Of a DNA stretch of 28,254 nt, positions 1-8,852 are shown piece by piece. The notes beneath the pieces were generated by a model. It was not told where the DNA came from. It did not search any database and saw nothing but the letters and a program-made list of their open reading frames with translations. The DNA is from Candidatus Cloacimonadota bacterium (GTDB lineage: Bacteria; Cloacimonadota; Cloacimonadia; JGIOTU-2): NCBI GenBank assembly GCA_014384665.1, contig JACNFI010000095.1, forward strand, positions 1 to 28,254. Direction: 5' to 3'. The translations under genes and the position numbers were made by a program. The stretch's first letter is position 1. Each line of letters opens with the position of its first letter.

Positions 1-77
1 ATGACATCTGTGAGCCTTTGGAATGACATGAGAATGCAATTTTGCAGAACTCATATATATTTATTAAATTTAAAATT

Positions 78-542
78 CTACAAAGCAATAATTTTTTTTA
101 TAATAATACTTGTGGAACTATTTGGAAAATATTTCAGGCTTTTTACTTTACCACCATTTTTAATTACAATATCACTTCCGATAATTTCTTCAGTTTTCCA
201 ATCTCCACCTTTAACTAAAATATCTGGAACAATGCTTTTAATTAATTCGTAAGGTGTGTCCTCATTGAAAATTACAACAAAATCCACAGGTTTTAGTTGA
301 GATAGGATTTCAGCTCTATCTTCTTCAGAATTTATTGGGCGATTTTCTCCTTTAATTATTTTTACTGAATCATCACTATTAAGACCAATAATTAAAACAT
401 CACCAAGTTTTTTTGCTTCTTTTAAATATTCTATATGACCACGGTGAAGAATATCAAAACAACCATTTGTAAATATGATTTTTTTATTTTGCTTATGAAG
501 ATTTTCTGCAATCTTTTTTATTTCTTGTCTTGTAACAATCAT
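78..542 (-). CDS. hldC: D-glycero-beta-D-manno-heptose 1-phosphate adenylyltransferase (RfaE domain II, cytidylyltransferase-like)
   Basis: The 154-aa translation carries the nucleotidyltransferase signature [19 protein letters not shown] and KGGDW motifs. The start overlaps the upstream kinase gene by 4 nt (ATGA), which implies translational coupling. This is a split version of bifunctional HldE. Confidence 0.85.
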   Translation of the reverse strand: MIVTRQEIKKIAENLHKQNKKIIFTNGCFDILHRGHIEYLKEAKKLGDVLIIGLNSDDSVKIIKGENRPINSEEDRAEILSQLKPVDFVVIFNEDTPYELIKSIVPDILVKGGDWKTEEIIGSDIVIKNGGKVKSLKYFPNSSTSIIIKKIIAL

Positions 543-1552
543 GATTTATTCCATTTCTTAAATGAGAGAATAATCTCTTCTGGAGAAGCTGCTGCAGCTC
601 CAACTTTTCCACAAACAACACCTGCAGCGTGGTTGGCAATTATTGATGATGTTTTTATATCGCAACCAGAAACCATTGCTAAAACAAGTGCACAAATTAC
701 TGTATCACCTGCTCCAGAAACATCATAAACTTCTTGGGAAAAAGTTGGAATTTTCCAATATGTTTCTTCATTTTCATAAACAAATAGTCCTTCCTCGCCA
801 AGTGTAATGACCAGATAAGCACACTTAATTCTTTGCTTTAATCTTTTAGCAGCAAATAGTAAATCTTCCTCATTTTTTATTTCTATATTAAGATTGTTTG
901 CTACTTCTTGTTTGTTTGGTTTGAATAAAGTTGCATTTTGATATTCTAAAAAATTATAGACTTTGGGGTCAACTCCAATAATTTTTTTGTTTTTATTGGA
1001 AGTTTTAAGGATGAATTTGATAAGATTTTTTGAAAGCATACCCTTATTATAATCCTGGATAATGATTGCATCCACTTCTTTAACAATTTTCTTAAAGTAT
1101 TCTTTGATTTTGTGGGTTAGGTCATCAGAAAGTTCATCTAAGTTTTCAAAATCAATACGAATAAGATGTTGGTGTCTGGCAATAACTCTGGTTTTTTGAG
1201 TGGTTGGTTGATTCTTATTTATGAAGATGCCATTATTTGAAATTCCTTGTTTCTGAAAAATAGAATACAATTTTTCCGCATTTGAATCATCACCCACAGT
1301 TCCAATCACAAAAGGGACAGCACCCAGAGATTTAATATTATTTGCGACATTTGCAGCTCCACCTGGTCCAAAGTGTTCATTGTCTACTTTTACAACCTGA
1401 ACTGGTGCCTCGGGTGAAATTCGTTTAACATCTCCAATTATATAATGGTCAAGCATTAAATCGCCAATTACAAGAATTTTTTTGTTAGAAAATTCGTTCA
1501 GAATATTTTTTAATTTACTCTCTTCTATATTCATTTTGTCCTTTTTTGCCAC
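539..1552 (-). CDS. hldA: D-glycero-beta-D-manno-heptose 7-phosphate kinase (RfaE domain I, PfkB carbohydrate kinase family)
   Basis: The 337-aa translation has the N-terminal [29 protein letters not shown] motif typical of the RfaE/HldE kinase domain. It has the PfkB ribokinase-like GAGD motif (VSGAGDTV) and a GG dipeptide (GPGGAANVA). It is adjacent to and overlaps the adenylyltransferase gene. Confidence 0.85.
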   Translation of the reverse strand: MAKKDKMNIEESKLKNILNEFSNKKILVIGDLMLDHYIIGDVKRISPEAPVQVVKVDNEHFGPGGAANVANNIKSLGAVPFVIGTVGDDSNAEKLYSIFQKQGISNNGIFINKNQPTTQKTRVIARHQHLIRIDFENLDELSDDLTHKIKEYFKKIVKEVDAIIIQDYNKGMLSKNLIKFILKTSNKNKKIIGVDPKVYNFLEYQNATLFKPNKQEVANNLNIEIKNEEDLLFAAKRLKQRIKCAYLVITLGEEGLFVYENEETYWKIPTFSQEVYDVSGAGDTVICALVLAMVSGCDIKTSSIIANHAAGVVCGKVGAAAASPEEIILSFKKWNKS

Positions 1553-1576
1553 AAAGACACTAAGATAATTAAGAAA

Positions 1577-2992
1577 TTAAAATAAAAATTTATCCTTCGG
1601 GACTTGGTGACTTTGTGGCAAAGTTTTTATTGGATATTTTCCATCAAAACACGCATAGCAAAATTCTTTATTATTATCAACCAAATTTTTTAAATCTTCG
1701 ATAGTTAGATAACGCAGTGAATCTGCTCCCATATAATCTTTAATTTCTTCTACTGTTTTTTGATTTGCAATAAGCTCCTCACGAGTGGGTGTATCTATTC
1801 CATAGAAGCACGAGAATTTTACCATAGGAGAGCCAATTCTTATATGAACTTGTTTAGCACCATTTTTTCTAACCATTTTTACTAATTTACGAATTGTTGT
1901 TCCGCGAACAATAGAATCATCTACCAATGTAACAATTTTCCCTTTGAAATAATCAGGCAAGGCATTGAATTTTTGAGTGACACCTTCATCACGAATTGTT
2001 TGCTCTGGAACAATAAAAGTCCTTCCAACATAGTGATTTCTAATCAATCCAAAATTGAAATCCACTCCTAAACCTTTTGCATAACCAAGAGCAATGAAAT
2101 TACTTGAATCAGGAATTGGTATCACAATATCAGGAATATTACTTTCCTTTTCAGCAAGCTTTTGTCCAAGTTTTTCACGAAAATCATATACTTTATGGTT
2201 ATAAACTATACTATCAGGACGGGAGAAATATATCATTTCAAAAACACAGTGTGCATTGTGATTACTTGTGCGATAATTATTTGGATTTTGTGGAGTGCTC
2301 TTAAGCCCTTTTTCATCAACAATAAGTATTTCTGCAGGATTTATTTCTCGTATAAAATCAACATTTACAATATTTAGGCAGCAGGTTTCAGAAGCGAAAA
2401 CATAAGTATTATCTTTTTTTCCAATTATAAAAGGTCTATTTCCATAAGGATCTCGAAATGCATATATTTTATTTTTTATAAGCAACAATGTTGAATATGA
2501 GCCTTGAAAGTTTTGCATAATTTTTTTTATTGATTCTATGATTGACAATCCTTTTTTTATATGCCAGAAAACCAGATATTTTAATATCAATTCTCCATCG
2601 TTTTCTGATTCAAAGAATACACCTTGTTTTTCTAATTGCTTGCGAATATTAGAGTAATTTACGATATCTCCGTTACCTACTAAAGCAAAGCTTTGTCCAG
2701 AAAGTGTATTAAGAAGATAGGGTTGGGCATTATTTATGTTAGATTTTCCTTTTGTAGGATAACGAACATGTCCAATTGCTAATTTGCCATCCATTTTTTT
2801 CGATTTTTTTTCAGTAAATACTTCCTTAACCAAGCCCATTTCTTTTGTTATAGAAATTTTATTGCCATCAGAAACAGCGATTCCACAACTTTCTTGACCT
2901 CTATGTTGTTCAGCAAAAAGAGCATAAGCTGCAAGTTTGGCAGCATTTGTGTGTTTTTTGTCCTTTTGATAAATTCCAATTATTCCGCACAT
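1577..2992 (-). CDS. purF: amidophosphoribosyltransferase (glutamine PRPP amidotransferase)
   Basis: The 471-aa translation starts MCGIIGI, the N-terminal nucleophile Cys of Ntn glutamine amidotransferases. A PRTase-type PRPP-binding region (VTLVDDSIVRGTT) follows. The C-terminal cysteine-rich stretch (CYACFDGKYP) is consistent with an Fe-S-type PurF. Confidence 0.9.
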   Translation of the reverse strand: MCGIIGIYQKDKKHTNAAKLAAYALFAEQHRGQESCGIAVSDGNKISITKEMGLVKEVFTEKKSKKMDGKLAIGHVRYPTKGKSNINNAQPYLLNTLSGQSFALVGNGDIVNYSNIRKQLEKQGVFFESENDGELILKYLVFWHIKKGLSIIESIKKIMQNFQGSYSTLLLIKNKIYAFRDPYGNRPFIIGKKDNTYVFASETCCLNIVNVDFIREINPAEILIVDEKGLKSTPQNPNNYRTSNHNAHCVFEMIYFSRPDSIVYNHKVYDFREKLGQKLAEKESNIPDIVIPIPDSSNFIALGYAKGLGVDFNFGLIRNHYVGRTFIVPEQTIRDEGVTQKFNALPDYFKGKIVTLVDDSIVRGTTIRKLVKMVRKNGAKQVHIRIGSPMVKFSCFYGIDTPTREELIANQKTVEEIKDYMGADSLRYLTIEDLKNLVDNNKEFCYACFDGKYPIKTLPQSHQVPKDKFLF

Positions 2993-3021
2993 AATATTTT
3001 TTTAATTCTCTTCTGTGGGAA

Positions 3022-3252
3022 GGGCGTGAACGCCCTGATATCTTCTTCTGTTTTTCTTTTCCCAGCCATGAATGGCTGGGTTATTGACTATAAGGGCGTA
3101 AACGCCCCTTGTACATATTTTTTCCTTTTTCTCTCATAAAAAGGCATTCCGTAGCCCAGTCGTTTTTAACCCGTGAAATTCTATAAGGAATATTTCACTG
3201 GGTTATACGACTGGGATTATGATAGAATATGAAGGATACGCCGTTTACGGCG
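3022..3252. repeat. cluster of five GC-rich palindromic hairpins in the plsY-purF intergenic region
   Basis: Seen directly in the sequence: GGGCGTGAACGCCC (3022-3035), CCCAGCCATGAATGGCTGGG (3061-3080), GGGCGTAAACGCCCC (3094-3108), CCCAGTCG…CGACTGGG (3155-3216) enclosing an inner ACCCGTGAAAT…ATTTCACTGGGTT hairpin, and CGCCGTTTACGGCG (3239-3252). All are GC-rich islands in AT-rich spacer. Confidence 0.7.
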
Positions 3253-3912
3253 TTACCATAGCTTTTTCTCTTTGCCATTCATTAACCTTTTTATATTCTC
3301 TTTATGACGAAAAATAATTAAAATCATAATAAAAGCTGTCAATATTAAAAAAGGAAGCTCGTCAAAATTTGGTATGTTTTTTATTAATTCTGTGCCGAAA
3401 AATGTTATTACTGCAATCATAGATGCAAGAGATACATATCTAAAAATAATTAGTATTATTACAAAAGGAATTAAAGCATAAATAACAGGAACAGGAATTA
3501 TGTTTATAAAAGCACCGGCTCCAGTCGCAACACCTTTACCACCTTTGAACTTTAAAAAAATAGGAAATATATGACCTAACACTACAGAAATTCCAACTAT
3601 AATAATCAAAATTTGAAAAGTTTGAGTTCCTTTAATATTATTAAAGACATTTAAAATTGAAATATTGAATATATTCGTTGGACTTTCAAGAATACAGCGT
3701 CCAATTTGAACTGCAAAAAATCCTTTTAAAAAATCAAAAATAAGAGAGATGATACCCGGAATTACACCAATTACTCTAAATACATTGGTTGCACCAATAT
3801 TTTTACTTCCATAATTCCTGATATCAATTTTTTTAAGTATTTTCCCAAGAATAAAACCACTCGGTATAGCACCAAGTAGATAAGCAATTATGATTGCAAT
3901 AATAAATTTCAA
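3253..3912 (-). CDS. plsY: glycerol-3-phosphate acyltransferase PlsY (acyl-phosphate dependent)
   Basis: The 219-aa polytopic membrane protein has the GSKNIGATNVFR motif characteristic of PlsY/YgiH. It overlaps der by 4 nt, a conserved der-plsY linkage. Confidence 0.85.
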   Translation of the reverse strand: MKFIIAIIIAYLLGAIPSGFILGKILKKIDIRNYGSKNIGATNVFRVIGVIPGIISLIFDFLKGFFAVQIGRCILESPTNIFNISILNVFNNIKGTQTFQILIIIVGISVVLGHIFPIFLKFKGGKGVATGAGAFINIIPVPVIYALIPFVIILIIFRYVSLASMIAVITFFGTELIKNIPNFDELPFLILTAFIMILIIFRHKENIKRLMNGKEKKLW

Positions 3913-5231
3913 TTTTTTCTTCCTTTATATTTAAATCTTAATGTAACACCTTCAAATTTATATATTTCTCTTATTTGGTTATGAATATATCGTTTATAAT
4001 TTTCAGTAATTAATTTTGGATTATTAACACTAAACACAAATGTTGGAGGATGAACATTTGCTTCTGTGCAATAATAAAATTTAACATTTTTTTTTGATGG
4101 ATGGTGAGGAGCATATTTCTGAAATACTGATTGAAAAAATTGATTTAGTTTGCTGGTTGGAATTCTTAAGTTACTTTGTTCTTCAACATATAATATAAGT
4201 TCCAGAAGTTTATTGACTCTTTTTCCTGTTAATGCAGAAATAAATATAATTGGAGCATAGTTAATGAATCCCATTTCTTCCCTGATTTTTTGAATATATT
4301 TACTGGTTGTATCATTCTCTTTTGCTATAAGGTCCCATTTATTCACCACAATAATAATATCCTTATATTGGGATTGTGTATATTCTACTATTCGTTTATC
4401 TTGTAAAGAAATTTCTTCTTGGGCATCAAGCAATACTAAAACTATATCTGATGAGTTTATGCTTCGTAAACTACGTAGATTACTAAAATATTCAATGCCA
4501 AATTTCACTTTGCTCTTTTTCCGAAGTCCTGCAGTATCAATTATTGTCATAGGTCTTTCTTTATAGTTAAAATTGAGGTGTATAGAATCTCGTGTGGTTC
4601 CTGGAATTTCAGTAACAATTACTGCATTTTGACCAATGATTTTATTAACTAATGAAGACTTTCCTACATTTTGTTTTCCAACAACTGCGATTTTTATTGA
4701 TTCTTTATTTAATATATCATATTCAGATTTACCTGGTGGAATTTTTTCAACTACATTATCTAACAATTCACCAAAATTTCTTCCACTAATTGCAGAGATT
4801 CCAATTGGCTCTCCAAGACCTAAATTCAAGAAATCAAATAAATATAACTCATCTTTTTGATTATCTACTTTGTTTAAAACGAAAATTACTTTATCAAGGA
4901 TGGGAAATAATTTCTTTGTAATTTGCTCATCTGTTGTAGTTATTACCGTTTTGCAATCAAGAACAAAAATAATAATATCTGCTTCTTGAATTGCTATTTC
5001 TACTTGCAACTGAATTAACTGTTCCATTTCATCAAATGAGTTTGGCACCATCCCACCAGTATCTACAGCTATAAATGAATAACCTGACCATTCAGTTTCT
5101 TGATATTTTCTGTCTCTCGTAACACCGGATTCTTTATCAACTATTGCAAGTCTTTTTCGCACCATACGATTAAAAATGGTGGACTTTCCTACATTAGGTC
5201 TTCCGATTATCGCGACTATTGGGATTGACAT
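3909..5231 (-). CDS. der: ribosome-biogenesis GTPase Der (EngA), tandem GTPase domains plus a C-terminal KH-like domain
   Basis: The 440-aa translation has two P-loops (GRPNVGKST and GKQNVGKSS), DTAG/DTGG G3 motifs and NKVD/NKWD G4 motifs. This is the classic double-GTPase architecture. Confidence 0.9.
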   Translation of the reverse strand: MSIPIVAIIGRPNVGKSTIFNRMVRKRLAIVDKESGVTRDRKYQETEWSGYSFIAVDTGGMVPNSFDEMEQLIQLQVEIAIQEADIIIFVLDCKTVITTTDEQITKKLFPILDKVIFVLNKVDNQKDELYLFDFLNLGLGEPIGISAISGRNFGELLDNVVEKIPPGKSEYDILNKESIKIAVVGKQNVGKSSLVNKIIGQNAVIVTEIPGTTRDSIHLNFNYKERPMTIIDTAGLRKKSKVKFGIEYFSNLRSLRSINSSDIVLVLLDAQEEISLQDKRIVEYTQSQYKDIIIVVNKWDLIAKENDTTSKYIQKIREEMGFINYAPIIFISALTGKRVNKLLELILYVEEQSNLRIPTSKLNQFFQSVFQKYAPHHPSKKNVKFYYCTEANVHPPTFVFSVNNPKLITENYKRYIHNQIREIYKFEGVTLRFKYKGRKN

Positions 5232-5428
5232 ATTTGTTACCTTTATTAAAATAATTATTGTTAATGCTTTTTATTGTCAAATAATTTGTTTAATACATTT
5301 CAATAATATATGCGAAACTTGAGTTATTAGAAATCAAAACTTATATTTATTGACAGGAAAAAATACTATTCAAAATTTTTACATTAAATGCATATAAATT
5401 TAGAAATAAATTCTTTTCAGTTTAAATT

Positions 5429-6280
5429 ATGAAAAATATTGGTATATTTTATAATCCATTAAATCACAAAGACAAAGATTTCCTTAATGAAAAAATATCT
5501 TTGCTAAAAAGAGATAATCTAAATGTATTTCTTTTAACAAACCAGCAATCTCATGATTTGCAAAATGTTCAATATATAGATAAATTTTCTGATAATATTA
5601 TTGATATGTTAATTGTTTTTGGTGGTGATGGCACTATGCTACTTGCTGCAAAATTGGTTATTGAAGAAAACATACCAATGCTGGGTTTTAATTTAGGCAA
5701 ACTCGGTTTTCTATCTGAATGTATGAAAGATGAATTTAGTGCTGTTATATCAAACATTATTCAACATAATTTTACTATTGAACAACGACTTGTGCTTTCT
5801 TGTTATTTAAAAAGTCAACATCAGAAAAATTATTATGCAATCAATGATTGTGTAATCTATAAAGGAGCACATCCAAAATTAATTGATATTGATATTTATA
5901 AAGATGAACTACTTGTTTATAATATAAGAGCTGATGGAGTCATTGTTGCTACGCCAACAGGCTCAACTGCCTATTCTTTATCAGCCGGTGGGTCTATAAT
6001 TTTTCCCGAGTGTGAGGTGGTTACTATCACACCAATAAATCCACACAACTTATTTCTCAAACCAATTATCTTTCCAGCCAATTCTAAATTAAATATCATT
6101 TTAAGAAGTGATGTAAAAAATGTGTATTTTAATATTGATGGGGAAAATATAAATAAAATTAAAGTTAATGATAGAATTTGTGTGGGAAAGGCAGAATTTT
6201 ATACAAAATTTGTTCACTTACCAGATAAATATTTTTGCAAAATTTTAAGAGAAAAATTTTACTTAGATAAAAAATCATAA
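5429..6280 (+). CDS. nadK: NAD(+) kinase
   Basis: The 283-aa translation has the GGDGTML motif and an NE/D-rich region typical of the PpnK/NadK family. An RBS-like AG-rich stretch precedes the ATG. Confidence 0.85.
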   Translation: MKNIGIFYNPLNHKDKDFLNEKISLLKRDNLNVFLLTNQQSHDLQNVQYIDKFSDNIIDMLIVFGGDGTMLLAAKLVIEENIPMLGFNLGKLGFLSECMKDEFSAVISNIIQHNFTIEQRLVLSCYLKSQHQKNYYAINDCVIYKGAHPKLIDIDIYKDELLVYNIRADGVIVATPTGSTAYSLSAGGSIIFPECEVVTITPINPHNLFLKPIIFPANSKLNIILRSDVKNVYFNIDGENINKIKVNDRICVGKAEFYTKFVHLPDKYFCKILREKFYLDKKS

Positions 6281-6281
6281 T

Positions 6282-6881
6282 ATGTATACCACCAAGTCAG
6301 GTTTCTCCCCAGTTGATTTTAATCCTAAAACTTTTATTACTGTTCCTAATATTGTAACAATCACTCGTTTGCTAATATTACCTTTTATTCTTATCTTGCT
6401 ATTTCAAAACAAAAATATATGGGCATTTTTACTTATTATTTTTGCTGGTCTTACTGATATTTTAGATGGATTCCTTGCAAAAATTCTTAACCAAGCTACT
6501 GCTGTAGGGAAGATTATTGATCCATTTGTTGATAAAATATTTGCTCTTACAATATTTGTATTTTTACTTTTTTATAGAAATTTTCCCCTCTGGGCTTTTA
6601 TTACTATACTTTTATTTGAAATCTTAATTCTAACTGGAGGTTACATATTGGCTATTAAATTTAGGATAGTACCAAGTTCAAATATTTATGGTAAAATTGC
6701 AGCTTCTTTTATAAGTGTTTCAATTTGGCTTTATGTTATTGATATTAATTTTTTTAAAAGAGATATATCATTAAAAATTTCTTTACAAAAAATTGTGTTG
6801 ATATTAGGAATAGTAATGTTATTTTTTGCTATAATATCGTATGCTATTAGAGCAAATGCAAAAATAAAAAAATTTAATTAA
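6282..6881 (+). CDS. pgsA: CDP-alcohol phosphatidyltransferase (CDP-diacylglycerol--glycerol-3-phosphate 3-phosphatidyltransferase-like)
   Basis: The 199-aa membrane protein has the CDP-OH phosphotransferase signature D-G-x2-A-R…G-x3-D-x3-D, read as DILDGFLAKILNQATAVGKIIDPFVDKI. Its start lies 1 nt after the nadK stop. Confidence 0.75.
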   Translation: MYTTKSGFSPVDFNPKTFITVPNIVTITRLLILPFILILLFQNKNIWAFLLIIFAGLTDILDGFLAKILNQATAVGKIIDPFVDKIFALTIFVFLLFYRNFPLWAFITILLFEILILTGGYILAIKFRIVPSSNIYGKIAASFISVSIWLYVIDINFFKRDISLKISLQKIVLILGIVMLFFAIISYAIRANAKIKKFN

Positions 6882-6925
6882 GAATTTGATTGTAGATTAA
6901 TTAAGATTTCAATTTAGGAGATAAA

Positions 6926-7876
6926 ATGGTTTCATTATATCTAACCAGAAGAATTAAAAATTTATTAATAATAGGTGTTGTGTTTGTATCATTAGTTTTT
7001 GCACTTAAATTATCAAATTTTATGGAAGTCGTTCGTAAACCTTCAAATGATATGGGAAGTTCTCCAGAAAAAGCCGAGAAACTTTTTAATGATTTCAATT
7101 ATGATACTAAATTAAAATTGAAATTTGTTTCAAAAGATATTCAGGAAATTAAAAATAATGTTAATAAAATCCTATCTAATAATAACCTGAATGTATTATA
7201 TTCAATTAGAACTGGTAGTAATATCACAAAATTAGTTGAATTGCCATCTAAGAATTATAAAGAACTTCTATCTCCAATAATGAATTTGCCAAGTTTGGTT
7301 TCTGATGAATTGATAAAATCTCCAGAATCAGTTTCAATTGAAGGATTAAAGAGAAGATTACAAATTGCTGAAAAGAAAAGACAGGAAATACAGGAAAGAA
7401 TCGCTAATTCAAGAACTTACGATGTTAGATTAATGAATGCTCAAAAAAAACTGGATGAAACAATAGATGCTCTCTCAAAAGAATTAGAAGAAAAAGAGGA
7501 AAGAGAAAACTATATATTAGCAAAAATTGATATATCAAATGTAGTATTAAAAGGTGATATTGTTAAAAGTTCATTTAGGACATTTATTGGCACTTTTTTT
7601 CTATCAATTATTGTAATTTCTGTAGCATTAGTTATCATCTATTTTTTTATTGTAGGTTTTACAAAATTATTTGCCATACTTGGAATAAAAACTCGTCATG
7701 GATCCTCAAAATATGGTTCGTATGCAAGTGGTAAATATGGATATGGAAGATATTATAGTGGTTATGGTGGAGAAAAAAGAATTAAAAGAAAGTATATAAG
7801 AAGACCGGCTCATAAGGAAAAAGACTCAGAATCTCCAAAAACTAATAACGAAAGTAATTCTAATGGGAATAATTAG
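6926..7876 (+). CDS. hypothetical membrane-anchored coiled-coil protein with Gly/Tyr-rich basic C-terminal tail
   Basis: The 316-aa translation has an N-terminal TM/signal segment, a central charged coiled-coil (KRRLQIAEKKRQEIQERI…KELEEKEERE) and a second TM segment. The low-complexity tail reads GSSKYGSYASGKYGYGRYYSGYGGEKRIKRKYIRR. An RBS (TAGGAGATAAA) precedes the ATG. The family is not recognised. Confidence 0.6.
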   Translation: MVSLYLTRRIKNLLIIGVVFVSLVFALKLSNFMEVVRKPSNDMGSSPEKAEKLFNDFNYDTKLKLKFVSKDIQEIKNNVNKILSNNNLNVLYSIRTGSNITKLVELPSKNYKELLSPIMNLPSLVSDELIKSPESVSIEGLKRRLQIAEKKRQEIQERIANSRTYDVRLMNAQKKLDETIDALSKELEEKEERENYILAKIDISNVVLKGDIVKSSFRTFIGTFFLSIIVISVALVIIYFFIVGFTKLFAILGIKTRHGSSKYGSYASGKYGYGRYYSGYGGEKRIKRKYIRRPAHKEKDSESPKTNNESNSNGNN

Positions 7877-8039
7877 TGTCTGTCCATAAAGTTGGTATTA
7901 TAAAACCTTACGGATGGTTAAGCTTCCGTCTGGGCGCCGAGACCGATGCGAAACCTCCGTAATGGTTGTATGTCTTTGACCATTGCGAAGGTCTTCGACC
8001 ATTCGCAAGGTTTTCAGAGTTTACAGATAGGCACTAATT
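7874..8039. repeat. about 166-bp palindrome-rich intergenic element (E1) bounded by 8-bp inverted repeats AATTAGTG/CACTAATT
   Basis: The element has terminal AATTAGTG (7874-7881) and CACTAATT (8032-8039). Internal inverted repeats are CCTTACGGA/TCCGTAATGG and ACCATTGCGAAGG/ACCATTCGCAAGG. It shares a 21-nt GC-rich core, CCGTCTGGGCGCCGAGACCGA, identical with element E2 at 8338-8358. Confidence 0.55.
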
Positions 8040-8052
8040 AGAAGGCTTAATT

Positions 8053-8280
8053 ATGTTATCATGGTTGATTTGGATTGTTATTGGTCTTATACTAATTTTT
8101 ATTGAAATTTTTGCTCATAAGTTTATATTCTTAAGTATAGGAATTTCAGCAGTTATTACAGGAATAATAAATATATTAGGGATTAAGAATTTGATTGTAT
8201 TATTAATTATTTTTTTAATAATAGTATGTTTGAATATTCTTTTTTTAAGAAAGTTAATTACAAAATATTTAATACATTAA
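8053..8280 (+). CDS. small hydrophobic membrane protein (75 aa), hypothetical
   Basis: An ORF with two or three predicted TM helices. GAAGG lies 8 nt upstream of the ATG. It sits between the two related palindromic elements E1 and E2. Beyond ORF integrity and RBS spacing there is no evidence that it is expressed. Confidence 0.35.
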   Translation: MLSWLIWIVIGLILIFIEIFAHKFIFLSIGISAVITGIINILGIKNLIVLLIIFLIIVCLNILFLRKLITKYLIH

Positions 8281-8314
8281 ATAAAGTATATGATTTGATT
8301 AAAATTATTTATAG

Positions 8315-8515
8315 ATGAGTTCACTATAAAAACCCGTCCGTCTGGGCGCCGAGACCGACGAAACACACGAAATACTCGAAAATGGTTTGTGTAAATTCAG
8401 CCCGTCTGCCCGTCTCCCGATATATCGGGAGACGAGACAGAGGCGCCGAGCCTGATAATATACGCATGTATTTTTCGCGTATTTCGTGGGAGATACCTTT
8501 TTATAGTGAACTCAT
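8315..8515. mobile_element. MITE-like 201-bp nested palindromic element (E2) with perfect 18-bp terminal inverted repeats
   Basis: The TIRs are ATGAGTTCACTATAAAAA (8315-8332) and TTTTTATAGTGAACTCAT (8498-8515). Internal features are the inverted repeats CACGAAATAC/GTATTTCGTG, a central perfect hairpin CGTCTCCCGATATATCGGGAGACG, and duplicated GGCGCCGAG cores. It is GC-rich relative to its surroundings and shares a 21-nt core with E1. Confidence 0.6.
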
Positions 8516-8550
8516 AGATATTTAATTTATTCTATTTTGGAAGGAGAATA

Positions 8551-8808
8551 ATGCCAGAACATAAATCTTGTAAAAAAAGACTTCGTTCGGATGAAAAAAA
8601 AAGAGTTAGAAATAAATATGTAAAGAAAAGCATTAATACAATGATCAAAAAGCTTAAGAAAATTTCTAATAAAACTGAAATGGAAAAAATGTTACCAAAG
8701 ATCTATTCTTTACTTGATAAGGCAGTAAAAAAAGGTGTAATACACAAAAATAATGCTAATCGAAGAAAGTCTCGTTTAGCAAATTTTGTAAGCAAATTTG
8801 AGTTTTAA
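8551..8808 (+). CDS. rpsT: 30S ribosomal protein S20
   Basis: The 85-aa basic protein starts with SCKKRLRSDEKKRVRNK and ends with HKNNANRRKSRLANFV, matching S20 N- and C-terminal signatures. GGAAGGAGAATA precedes the ATG. Confidence 0.85.
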   Translation: MPEHKSCKKRLRSDEKKRVRNKYVKKSINTMIKKLKKISNKTEMEKMLPKIYSLLDKAVKKGVIHKNNANRRKSRLANFVSKFEF

Positions 8809-8852
8809 AAATCATTGATTTCATTTATTTACAAACCATACTTTTAAAAATA

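Noticed and set aside
435-728. 97-aa plus-strand ORF overlapping the hldA/hldC genes, and similar embedded ORFs (2104-2304, 2162-2377, 2894-3139, 4636-4860, 5569-5757, 9350-9566, 11017-11208, 11375-11731, 13105-13524, 14584-14772, 14756-15100, 16342-16623, 19295-19567, 19830-20173, 21230-21418, 22650-23287, 23561-23749, 24368-24607, 26016-26213, 26543-26965, 27640-28093)
   Set aside because: Each lies entirely inside or antisense to a much longer ORF with clear family motifs. None has an RBS, and they are low-complexity translations of AT-rich DNA. They are treated as spurious.
2993-3252. Riboswitch (ZTP/pfl or purine) in the purF leader
   Set aside because: I could not find the conserved ZTP pseudoknot core or the purine riboswitch junction nucleotides. 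The hairpins instead match the dispersed GC-palindrome family seen elsewhere in the window.
5232-5428. Divergent der/nadK promoter (TTGACA at about 5349)
   Set aside because: There is a plausible -35-like hexamer but no convincing -10 at the right spacing that I can verify by eye. It is not reported as a feature.
6901-7098. 65-aa minus-strand ORF overlapping the start of gene 6926-7876
   Set aside because: It is antisense to a well-supported ORF with an RBS and has no independent support.
8315-8515. E2 as a known structured RNA (tmRNA, RNase P, SRP RNA, 6S RNA) or an S20 autoregulatory leader
   Set aside because: It has no tRNA-like 5'/3' ends or CCA, and no RNase P P4 or SRP domain IV consensus. 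Perfect 18-bp terminal inverted repeats are more typical of a MITE. An RNA role is not excluded, but it is unsupported.
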